DNA of 32,000 nt from contig CP104013.1 of NCBI GenBank assembly GCA_025839675.1, positions 1,380,001 to 1,412,000 of the forward strand, given 5' to 3'. The DNA is from Candidatus Lokiarchaeum ossiferum. Its GTDB lineage: Archaea; Asgardarchaeota; Lokiarchaeia; Sigyniarchaeales; Promethearchaeaceae. The notes under the pieces are model-generated. The model had not been told where the DNA came from, ran no database searches, and saw nothing but the letters and a program-made list of their open reading frames with translations. Shown here in pieces: positions 17,512-25,967 of this stretch (the first letter of the stretch is position 1; each line of letters opens with the position of its first letter). Position numbers and translations under genes: made by a program.

Positions 17512-20214
17512 TTATCTCATTAAAGAAAATAATGATTCAATGGAAATTTTTTTTTGTAATTCCTCAAGATTTTTTGTAATTCCTTGTTTGTTCAATAGAA
17601 TTTTCATTGTTATTACTCGATCCTCATTTGGATGCAAGCTAAAATAATTATCAGAAACAATAAAATCACAATCTTGCACTTTAAAGTGAACATATAGAGC
17701 AATTTTTTTAGCACTGATCTTTATTTGAAAGGAAAAGCGATCTTGTATTTTTTTTTCTTCAGAATTTATTGGAAATAAATCAAAATTAATACCCGGGTTT
17801 TGTAAGGGAAATGATTTAGGTTCCTTAAACAATCGGAAGCCAAATGCTCGATCCCTTAGGGATTCAATTCCATTGAATTGTGTAGAATAGAAAATAACAT
17901 GATTTTTTAATTCACGTCGAGAAATAGAGAGTTGCTTTAGTGTGATTTTGTCTATTAGAATCGAACAGCAAGGGTCCAAATTAACTTCCACTGAATTTTG
18001 ATACTTGATAACCCCTAAATGATTTTGAATAGACCACTTCACAGAGGATTGCACGGGATATTGCAAATCATTGGTACCCCAAATTTCCACTTTGCTATCG
18101 GATTCCTGGATACTAATGAGGAGCGGGGAATAACTACGTTTTACAAAATAATGAGAGGCTTTCCACCGACCATAATAGTCTACCGAAGACCAACTAGCTA
18201 CAGGCCAACAATCATTCAATTGCCAGTAGAGAGAGCCCATACATTCAAAATTTGTTCGATGACGACGCCAATGTTCAATTCCATATTCCAATGCTTCACC
18301 ATGAGTTATTTGGGATAAGATCACTTGACTCTCAAAAGAAGAAGGAATTTTAAAACGCCGCTTCATATATTTTAGAATTTTAGCATTTCCAGCCAAATTT
18401 TTTTGGTGGTTTTCCATAATTGAAGAGAAAAAATCAAGTTCTGAATCAGGACAAAACGATTTAATAGTCTTCAAAGAAGGAAAAGATTCAAATCCATATT
18501 CTGACATAAATCGAGAATTAAATTTTCTGAAAGCAGAAAAAGGAGCACTCTGATGCCAGACTTTCCAAAAATGGGAGTCACCAGTATGAGCTTGATTACT
18601 CTTCAATAAATTCAAGAGGGAACCTTTAAACTTCTTTCCTTCGGAAAAACCATTGGAAGGAGAACTGGGCCAATAGGAGCGAGAAGGATCAAACCTTTCG
18701 GTGAGAAAAGGGAGTTTTTGCTCAAATAATTTGTGATATCCCACTTTAAATTTACGATGGACTTTTTTACCTAAAAGGCGGGATTCAAATGCGAGTAAAG
18801 GCCACAACTGTTCAATTTCATTATTACCACACCATAATGCCAAACTAGGATGATTTCGAATGCGTTTTATATTCTGTATCACCTCAACCTCTACATTCTT
18901 TAGGAATTCATCATTGTAAGGATAAATTGCGCAAGCAAAGGGAAAATCTTGCCACACTAAAATCCCTAATTGATCGCATAAATCATAAAACAAGTCATCT
19001 TCATAGATCCCACCACCCCAGACCCGTAGAAAATTCATATTAGCATCTATCGCCGCATGGAGATTCATTTCATAAAGACCCATCTTTTTTCCACGGGGAA
19101 TGCAACTGTCAATCGGAATCCAATTGGCACCTTTTGCAAAAATTGGAACTCGATTTAGTGAAAAATAAAAGCTTTCACCCCATTGATCGGGTTGTCTGAT
19201 CAATTGCAATTCTCGAATTCCAAATTTCAACTGTCTCTCATCCAATACTAAAGAAGATGAATGAGAACGAATAATTACCTGAAGAGTATACAAAATTTGA
19301 TCTCCAAGCCCAATAATCCACCATAGTTTTGGATTTTGAATAATTAATTGCTGAGAAGAAGATGAAGTTTCAAGTTTTTGCGAAAATTTAGAAATTATTT
19401 GCGAATCTAGAAGAATGCTTGTCTCAATATCCACATCTGCCATATTCTTAAGGGGTATTTTTCCATCAAGTTCAAGATCAATGCAAACTTCAGCTGAATC
19501 TACTACCGGTTGTATTGAAGAAATAGATTTTTTCCAATGGACTTTGTGTTTAGAAAAATTGAGTTTTTGCTTTATGTTGACGGAATTAATTTTGACCTTA
19601 TTCCACGATACGATTTCCACCGGTTGCCAGATACCAATATCTGGAAATTTAGGTCCCCAATCCCAGCCAAAGGAATATTGGCTTTTTCGGAGATAAGGAG
19701 CCCCAGGAATCCCAGCATAACCAGTATTTAATTTAATATGTTCTTTTTCAATTTTCTTCGCAACATACTTTGTTGGACTATGAAATTGGACCTTGAGTTC
19801 ATTTAATCCTTCATGGATGTAATTTTTAATATCGAATTCATATTTACGGAACATATTTTTCGTTGAGCTAACTTCTTTATCATTTAAGTAAATTGTAGTT
19901 ATTGTATCTAAACCATGAAAAATAAGCTCAATTTGTTCAAACAACAGAATTTCATTAGAAATAAAAAATTTTTTAATGAAAATCCAATCTTCTTCAAAGA
20001 CCCATGAAATGTGCCCTTCATTATTACCATAAAAAGGATCTGAAATAATATTTCTTTCCTCTAATACTTCTAATACAGTACAAGGAACATCTATATGAAT
20101 AGGTTTAATGGAAGAGTTCTGAATAGTCCAACCTTTATTTAAGGAGAGATTTTGTGGAGATAATAGGTTCGTTGAAGAAACTGAATTCATCGAATTGATC
20201 TTGATGTTTATCAA
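17512..20214 (-). CDS. Glycoside hydrolase family 2 beta-mannosidase-like
   Basis: 900 aa. Has a GH2 sugar-binding-like N-terminus, the acid/base block LWCGNNE, the nucleophile block FMSEYGFESFP and WQLNDCWP. The start could instead be the Met at 20190. Confidence 0.85.
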   Translation of the reverse strand: MINIKINSMNSVSSTNLLSPQNLSLNKGWTIQNSSIKPIHIDVPCTVLEVLEERNIISDPFYGNNEGHISWVFEEDWIFIKKFFISNEILLFEQIELIFHGLDTITTIYLNDKEVSSTKNMFRKYEFDIKNYIHEGLNELKVQFHSPTKYVAKKIEKEHIKLNTGYAGIPGAPYLRKSQYSFGWDWGPKFPDIGIWQPVEIVSWNKVKINSVNIKQKLNFSKHKVHWKKSISSIQPVVDSAEVCIDLELDGKIPLKNMADVDIETSILLDSQIISKFSQKLETSSSSQQLIIQNPKLWWIIGLGDQILYTLQVIIRSHSSSLVLDERQLKFGIRELQLIRQPDQWGESFYFSLNRVPIFAKGANWIPIDSCIPRGKKMGLYEMNLHAAIDANMNFLRVWGGGIYEDDLFYDLCDQLGILVWQDFPFACAIYPYNDEFLKNVEVEVIQNIKRIRNHPSLALWCGNNEIEQLWPLLAFESRLLGKKVHRKFKVGYHKLFEQKLPFLTERFDPSRSYWPSSPSNGFSEGKKFKGSLLNLLKSNQAHTGDSHFWKVWHQSAPFSAFRKFNSRFMSEYGFESFPSLKTIKSFCPDSELDFFSSIMENHQKNLAGNAKILKYMKRRFKIPSSFESQVILSQITHGEALEYGIEHWRRHRTNFECMGSLYWQLNDCWPVASWSSVDYYGRWKASHYFVKRSYSPLLISIQESDSKVEIWGTNDLQYPVQSSVKWSIQNHLGVIKYQNSVEVNLDPCCSILIDKITLKQLSISRRELKNHVIFYSTQFNGIESLRDRAFGFRLFKEPKSFPLQNPGINFDLFPINSEEKKIQDRFSFQIKISAKKIALYVHFKVQDCDFIVSDNYFSLHPNEDRVITMKILLNKQGITKNLEELQKKISIESLFSLMR

Positions 20215-20323
20215 GATAAATATACTGCTTGCAATTTAAGAGATATCTTAATTGCACAGAAATGTCGCAAACATTCTTAGGTTTCTACCGCCATTTTGAA
20301 GTAAACTTAAACGAAAGATTAAT

Positions 20324-21622
20324 ATGAGCATAGAAGAAAAACAAATAATTATGCATAATCCCTTAAATTCAACACGACGGATTCAAGCATTTGATTTTTT
20401 ACGTGGATTTGCAATAATGATCATTATCTTCGTCCACCGAATTCATTATACTTGGACAGGTATGGAAAATGGAGAGAACTTATTTACGGATCAAGGTATT
20501 GGAGTAGTATTAATAATTGTAACAATCGTTTTTTTTATGATGGCAGGTATTTTTTATGTTGTCTCTGCTACGGTAAATACATACAATTTCTATCACCGTG
20601 TAACCCAAGATCATGAAAAAATTAAACAATACACTAAAATTGGGATCATTTCGGGGTTTTGGTTAATCGGTTTAAATTATATCCAACGGATCTTTTTTAT
20701 GAATGGATTTACAAGTACTTCATCGGGTTTAGAACCGGAATTTCCCATAGGTATCTTTCCAAGTTTATTGAAATACCAAGGAGAATTCACATGGTTTTGG
20801 TCCATCCTTACGCAAACAGGTACCCTTTTTGTATTAGGGATCAATTTAACTATCGTCACAGGAATTCTTTATTTGCTCTTTAAAAATAAGAACAATCAAA
20901 ATATGAAACAAAAATTGCGCATTTTATACATTTTAGGAGTAATGTTCTTTATCTTATCAATTTTCGTTAAATTTTGGGGACATCCTTTTTATTCTCAGTT
21001 GTATTCAGACGAAAATTATTTCGCAGCATTTATTTTGGGGGGGTTTACAACCGAATTTGGTCTCTTTCCGTATCTCAGTTTCGGGTTGTTTGGGAGTTAT
21101 TTTGGATTGTTAATTGCTTCTGAAGAGAATTTACTCATAATTAAAAAGAAATTTCGCAAATCGATTTTGATTTGGTTAGTGATCGGATTAATTGGAGTCG
21201 TCGTTTTTAATACCGATACCGATTTTGGAGATCGTTTGATGACTACTGCAATTAATTGTGTGGGAGTGGCTCTCTTCATGCTTTTCGAATGGATTTGTTT
21301 AAAAATTTATGACTATTCAGCCAAGAAAATAGATGAAACTAAAAGTAAGCCATCAAATGGCATTGTTACTTTCGGAAAAATTAGTTTAACCATTTATATT
21401 TTAGAACCCTTGCTCGCAGAAATATTGATTCTTCCTATAGATTTGATTTTTGGAATAGAATGGAAAACAAATGTCTGGATGGTGGGATTGTTTGGAATTT
21501 TGTGTATAGCTATGTGGATGTTAATAGCCTTTTTCTGGAAAAAGAGCGAATTCATTGGTTCTTTTGAATGGTGTTCCAAAAAACTGTTAAAAAAGAATCG
21601 ACCTATTCAATATAAGGTATAG
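20324..21622 (+). CDS. DUF1624 / heparan-alpha-glucosaminide N-acetyltransferase-like polytopic membrane protein
   Basis: The N-terminal RIQAFDFLRGFAIMIIIFVHRI is the family signature (R..lD.lRG.a...M...H). About 10-11 TM helices. Confidence 0.65.
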   Translation: MSIEEKQIIMHNPLNSTRRIQAFDFLRGFAIMIIIFVHRIHYTWTGMENGENLFTDQGIGVVLIIVTIVFFMMAGIFYVVSATVNTYNFYHRVTQDHEKIKQYTKIGIISGFWLIGLNYIQRIFFMNGFTSTSSGLEPEFPIGIFPSLLKYQGEFTWFWSILTQTGTLFVLGINLTIVTGILYLLFKNKNNQNMKQKLRILYILGVMFFILSIFVKFWGHPFYSQLYSDENYFAAFILGGFTTEFGLFPYLSFGLFGSYFGLLIASEENLLIIKKKFRKSILIWLVIGLIGVVVFNTDTDFGDRLMTTAINCVGVALFMLFEWICLKIYDYSAKKIDETKSKPSNGIVTFGKISLTIYILEPLLAEILILPIDLIFGIEWKTNVWMVGLFGILCIAMWMLIAFFWKKSEFIGSFEWCSKKLLKKNRPIQYKV

Positions 21623-21712
21623 AACAAATTAATTTGAATTAGAAAATGAAGAAATTATTGACTTCATTTAGAAAAAATGAATTGAAAAATTAACTTGGTA
21701 ATATTGATTGTT

Positions 21713-22441
21713 TTATTTTTTCTTTTTACTCGCCAATTTACTCAGAATCATGAAAATTCGTAGCACCATTCCAACAAAATCGAAGAAAATATCAATAACA
21801 GCCATCATCCAATAACCACGTTTTATTTTCCCCGGTAAGGTTGCGGCATCAAAGACCATCACTCCAAATAAATAGCCAAACATTAGTAAATCGACGACAA
21901 TATTATTTTCTCCTTCTCCAAATATGGCAATTATAACTACTTCTAACACTCCAAATAGAATACCAAATAACAAGAAATACCAACAATAATGTTTAGAAAT
22001 CTTGTCTTTCAATAAAATGCCCAAGGCCATGGCTCCACCAGTGGCAAAAACACCAATTAATGCACTCGTTATGAAAAGACTTCGGGTTAATTCTTCACCC
22101 AAATCTTCCGCTACAAAGGATACAACAAACGACAACAAAACTCCAGATCCCAGTGCAGAAATGAAGAACAATACCATGGCAATTAAATTAACTCGTAAGA
22201 AAGTAAAAATCATGAGTAAAATCCAAACACCTACAAACACACATAATGCAATGATTATTTGAGGAATGGAAAAAGTGGTGAGATCTAAAGCAGGAGCACC
22301 GAACAATCCACTGAAATAGAGAGTAGATAATAACCAAAGAAGTGCTGCAACAAACATCGTTGGTAAAACTTTAGAATAAAATTCGTTGTCAAGAGCAGGT
22401 TGTTTACCTTTTACATGACCAAAATAATAAAAATTTCCCAT
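21713..22441 (-). CDS. Bax-inhibitor-1/YccA (TMBIM)-like membrane protein
   Basis: 242 aa, about 7 TM. The C-terminal MAVIDIFFDFVGMVLRIFMIL followed by a Lys-rich tail resembles the BI-1 family C-terminus. Confidence 0.6.
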   Translation of the reverse strand: MGNFYYFGHVKGKQPALDNEFYSKVLPTMFVAALLWLLSTLYFSGLFGAPALDLTTFSIPQIIIALCVFVGVWILLMIFTFLRVNLIAMVLFFISALGSGVLLSFVVSFVAEDLGEELTRSLFITSALIGVFATGGAMALGILLKDKISKHYCWYFLLFGILFGVLEVVIIAIFGEGENNIVVDLLMFGYLFGVMVFDAATLPGKIKRGYWMMAVIDIFFDFVGMVLRIFMILSKLASKKKK

Positions 22442-22737
22442 AATGTGAGCTAATTCTTGGAAAATTTAATTGTTTTGATCGCTGAAAAGAAGGAAAGAAT
22501 TGAATTCCCCTTATTGGAAAAGAGACATCATTTATGTTTTTTAAACTATAAAAAAAATGGAATAAGAAGACCTTTTCTTAAAATATGCTATAATCCTTTC
22601 AAAACACATTTTTTTCCATTAACATACTCAATTGAAAGATAATTTTTATTTTTAGATTAAAGCAAACTTTGAAAAGCTTAATATTAATAATATAAATATC
22701 AGAGAAACGATTGATTTTTTTTGGTGTAAATTAACTC

Positions 22738-24108
22738 ATGTTATTTGAAAAATCTACTGTCCATTTTGAAATTACTTCTGAGTGCAACCATCGATGTATT
22801 TTTTGTTACAATCAACATCAGGTTTTTGACAATTCAAAAAATAAAGAATACATATCTTTCGATTTTTATAAGCAAATTATCGACAAGTTCGTTGAACTGA
22901 AAGTTAAGAATGTTATTATCACCGGTGGAGAACCATTTCTCCACCCTGAAATTCTTCCTTTTATTGAATATGCAAAAAAAAGGAAATTAGATATAAGTAT
23001 CAATACAAATGGATCGCTTTTAACACCTGAAATTAACCAATTTTTAGCGAACTACAAAATTCGCCTACTTGTTTCTCTCCATGGCACTAATTCTTTATTT
23101 GAAAAATTAGTTCAAGTTAAAACCTTTGATCGAGTTCGAAAAAATCTAATTGATGCACGCAAAAATTATAATCTAAATATTTCTCTACAATTTGTTCCAA
23201 TTAAAATTAATTTCCATCATATCCGAGAAGTTGCACAATTTGCAAAAGAGTTGGGTTGTTATCTACAAGTAGGAAGATACACGGATCCTTGTGGAATATC
23301 AGAAAGTACTTCATCCTTTGGATTAACGATTAAAGAATACCATTCTCTTTTCAATGAAATTCTCAAAATAAAAAGAGAATTAAAAGTACCCATTGGACTC
23401 GGAAATGGTATCCCATTTTGTATGATTGATGAAGAAAACCTCTCCAATGACATCCTGAATCTATTTAATCGCTGTGGGTGTTCTTTGGGAAAATCAATTT
23501 GGGCTTTGAGTCCAGAAGGTAACATTCGGGCTTGTCCGCAATTAAGTAATACAATTGGAAATATATTAACGGATTCTATCAAAATCCTATCTCAAAAAAT
23601 TGAAGATTTATTTAATTCATCAGTAATCACTCCCGAAATATGTCAAGATTGCGGAATTCGAATACTTTGTTGTGGAGGATGCAGAGCAAGCGGATTGGTA
23701 AGAAATGGTGCAATTAATTCATTTGATCCCCTATTTCCTCTTGATGAAGAGAGGCGAAATAAATCAATTGCATTAATTAAGCAAAAAATCAAAATTCTTG
23801 GAGAGAAAGAGAACCAATCATTATCAAGTGAATTTGATGAACAAAGCATTTTGACTGCAAATCGAGAGCTATTTCGAAGAAATTTAAATAGTTACGTTAT
23901 TTTAAGAGGATTTGGAAAAAATGGATTCATATATAAAGAGTTAAATGAATCTGCCTTGGCGATATTGAATGAATTCAAACATCCAAGTTCTGTGAAATCA
24001 GTTCTAATAAAATTAAGCAAAGATTTCTCTATTGGAATCGAAGAAATTAGAGGAGACGTTTTCAATTGCATTGAAAATTTTCTTAAAGCAGACATTTTAC
24101 AATTCTGA
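22738..24108 (+). CDS. Radical SAM enzyme with a full SPASM domain and a PqqD-like C-terminal extension (putative peptide maturase)
   Basis: CX3CX2C at C16/C20/C23 (CNHRCIFC, nt 22783-22806) and the GGEPFL SAM-binding motif. The SPASM signature is read exactly: C248-X12-G-X4-C266, then C302-X2-C305-X5-C311-X3-C315 (nt 23473-23682). Residues ~385-456 resemble PqqD/RRE. Confidence 0.9.
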   Translation: MLFEKSTVHFEITSECNHRCIFCYNQHQVFDNSKNKEYISFDFYKQIIDKFVELKVKNVIITGGEPFLHPEILPFIEYAKKRKLDISINTNGSLLTPEINQFLANYKIRLLVSLHGTNSLFEKLVQVKTFDRVRKNLIDARKNYNLNISLQFVPIKINFHHIREVAQFAKELGCYLQVGRYTDPCGISESTSSFGLTIKEYHSLFNEILKIKRELKVPIGLGNGIPFCMIDEENLSNDILNLFNRCGCSLGKSIWALSPEGNIRACPQLSNTIGNILTDSIKILSQKIEDLFNSSVITPEICQDCGIRILCCGGCRASGLVRNGAINSFDPLFPLDEERRNKSIALIKQKIKILGEKENQSLSSEFDEQSILTANRELFRRNLNSYVILRGFGKNGFIYKELNESALAILNEFKHPSSVKSVLIKLSKDFSIGIEEIRGDVFNCIENFLKADILQF

Positions 24109-24163
24109 TCTCAATTTCTTGTCGTAATCCGTAGACACTCAAAAAATAAAAACAATTTTTATA

Positions 24164-25669
24164 TCAAATTGATTTTTCATTTTGTATCAAATAATCCCGA
24201 TTACCAAGATATGTTAAAAATTCACTCAAATCCGCTTTAACTTCACCCATTTCATTTTCTTCCAAATCAAAAGATTGTTTCAACTGAGTCAAAATATCAG
24301 CTAATGACCAGTAATTTAATTCAAGTAAAATTTTAGTAATTTCATATGCAACATCATTAATGAAAAAAGCGGTTTGTTTTTTCTCATCTAAAAAATAATA
24401 TGAATTTTCATTAACATGTTTTAATAACACATGTTTTGGAAAGGAATATGTTTGCGTTTCTATTAATTTGAAATCTATATTCTCATCAGAGTAATTAATT
24501 TCAGATTCACTATTGAATATGGTTTTGGGAATTTGTTGTTTTCCCGATATGATTAAATATACGTCCCGAATAATGTTATTAATATCGCCTCCCGACCAAA
24601 TTGAAAGAAAAAAGAATGTAGTGCTTATTACTGCGTAATATACCATTGTAAACAAAAATAACTCAAATTTTTCGTTGAAAAGATTTCCACTTCTAACTGA
24701 AATAATTGAGAGCACTGTGGGAAATAAAATAACGAGATTACACCACAAGGTACCCATTATAGCGATTTTTATTCTTTCTTTTGGAGTAAAAAGCAAAAGT
24801 GGAATTTGAACAGTCTCAACATTAATAAGAGAATTCAACTTTGAAATATAAGACCCAAATCCGCCATACATTTTGGCAGCAATTAAATGACCCCATTCAT
24901 GAAATATGGAAAGAAATAGAGATAAAAGTAAATAGGTTGAGTAATTAAAAGCATCAGAAAAAATATATGAAATTGAAATTGGATTGTTCGTAAAAAACCA
25001 AAAAAATTCCAAAAATGTTGCAGAAAGTAATAATATCCAATAGAGATTCTTAATTTTTTTTTTCCAGAAAAGTTCTGATAAATAATTGAATAGTTTTGTT
25101 CTAAAAGTCATTCGAAAATGAATTGCCAGAATAAGGTTTGGAGAAACACCTAAGATATTGAAAGCGGGCCAATCTTTGTTAATTGCGAATTCTATTAATT
25201 GATTTAAAATAAACCAGCTATTTCGAGTTATTAAGAAAAGAGATACAAATGATAAGGAAAATATCCGTTTATCAAAAGAATAAATTACATATAAACCAAT
25301 ACCAAGTAAAATTGAAAAGAAATGAAGAAGGAGGACAAGAATTCTTTTATTTTTCTTTAAAAGGATAGAATCAATATGAATAAGAATTTGAGAATAAGAT
25401 AAAATCGACCAAACTCCATAAATAGAGAATAGGATATTTTTGATTTTAAACGAATTATCCCCAATAGAAAGCACTTTATCCAAAAAGATTTGAGACATTA
25501 TGAAAAAAACTAAAAATCCAAGCAATGAAAATGCGAATATTCTCCAAAAGGGAGGTTTAATTATCTTCTTAAACTGAAAAAGACCATAAAACCACAACAT
25601 AATTGGAATTGTGAACGCAAAAGAGGAGAAAATGAAAATACGGAAAATTATATATAATCCAGAATCCAT
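24164..25669 (-). CDS. Polytopic membrane protein with an HExxH motif (M50/site-2-protease-like) and a C-terminal PqqD-like soluble domain
   Basis: 501 aa, about 10 or more hydrophobic helices. HEWGH at residues 257-261 (nt 24887-24901) sits at the end of a hydrophobic helix. The C-terminal ~90 aa are hydrophilic with a PqqD-like pattern (FFINDVAYEITKILLELNYWSLADILTQLKQSFDLEENEMGEVKADLSEFLTYLGNRDYLI). Confidence 0.6.
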   Translation of the reverse strand: MDSGLYIIFRIFIFSSFAFTIPIMLWFYGLFQFKKIIKPPFWRIFAFSLLGFLVFFIMSQIFLDKVLSIGDNSFKIKNILFSIYGVWSILSYSQILIHIDSILLKKNKRILVLLLHFFSILLGIGLYVIYSFDKRIFSLSFVSLFLITRNSWFILNQLIEFAINKDWPAFNILGVSPNLILAIHFRMTFRTKLFNYLSELFWKKKIKNLYWILLLSATFLEFFWFFTNNPISISYIFSDAFNYSTYLLLSLFLSIFHEWGHLIAAKMYGGFGSYISKLNSLINVETVQIPLLLFTPKERIKIAIMGTLWCNLVILFPTVLSIISVRSGNLFNEKFELFLFTMVYYAVISTTFFFLSIWSGGDINNIIRDVYLIISGKQQIPKTIFNSESEINYSDENIDFKLIETQTYSFPKHVLLKHVNENSYYFLDEKKQTAFFINDVAYEITKILLELNYWSLADILTQLKQSFDLEENEMGEVKADLSEFLTYLGNRDYLIQNEKSI

Positions 25670-25742
25670 TGTAGTGAAACCGATCTCCCACGTTCATAAT
25701 ATTTTGATAAAATTATAGAAAAAAAGTTATTGATTTCTTGGG

Positions 25743-25967
25743 TTATTCTCCAGAAACATCCCCAGGAATATCGAAACAATCGCAATCACAATTACAATAA
25801 CAATCATCACAATTGGCCGAATAACAATCACAATTTGCTGGGTCTTGGCAGTTGCTTGCATAACAAACTCCAGAAACTTTGCCACCTGGGTCATTCATCT
25901 GACAATCACATGAAGGATTAAATTCTGAAATTATATTACGAATTACGGGTTTTGTCCACTTCTTCAT
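25743..25967 (-). CDS. Cys/Asp-rich small peptide, candidate RiPP precursor
   Basis: 74 aa: MKKWTKPVIRNIISEFNPS then a core with 12 Cys and 10 Asp (CDC, CYC, CNCDCDC). GGAG lies about 11 nt upstream of the ATG. It sits directly upstream of, and co-oriented with, the HExxH membrane protein gene. Confidence 0.7.
   Translation of the reverse strand: MKKWTKPVIRNIISEFNPSCDCQMNDPGGKVSGVCYASNCQDPANCDCYSANCDDCYCNCDCDCFDIPGDVSGE

Noticed and set aside
22457-22642. 61-aa TTG-initiated ORF in the spacer upstream of the radical SAM gene, considered as a second precursor
   Set aside because: It has only two Cys, no similarity to the 74-aa peptide, a non-ATG start and no purine-rich element. It is more likely just the promoter region. 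I also hand-translated short ATG ORFs in the 22442-22737 and 25968-26130 spacers, and all stop within 25 codons.
25730-25921. 63-aa His/Asn-rich ORF on the plus strand (…NRNHNYNNNHHNWPNNNHN…)
   Set aside because: It is the exact antisense shadow of the Cys/Asp-rich peptide gene: TGY/GAY codons read backwards give His/Asn-type codons. It has no upstream ribosome-binding-like element, and the minus-strand ORF has the better genomic context.
25743-25967. Reading the Cys-rich peptide as a simple metallothionein
   Set aside because: This is not excluded, but I consider it less likely. The first 19 residues are Cys-free, basic and aromatic like a leader. The gene also sits between a SPASM radical SAM enzyme and an HExxH membrane protein that both carry PqqD-like domains. 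I kept it as the alternative hypothesis in the findings.
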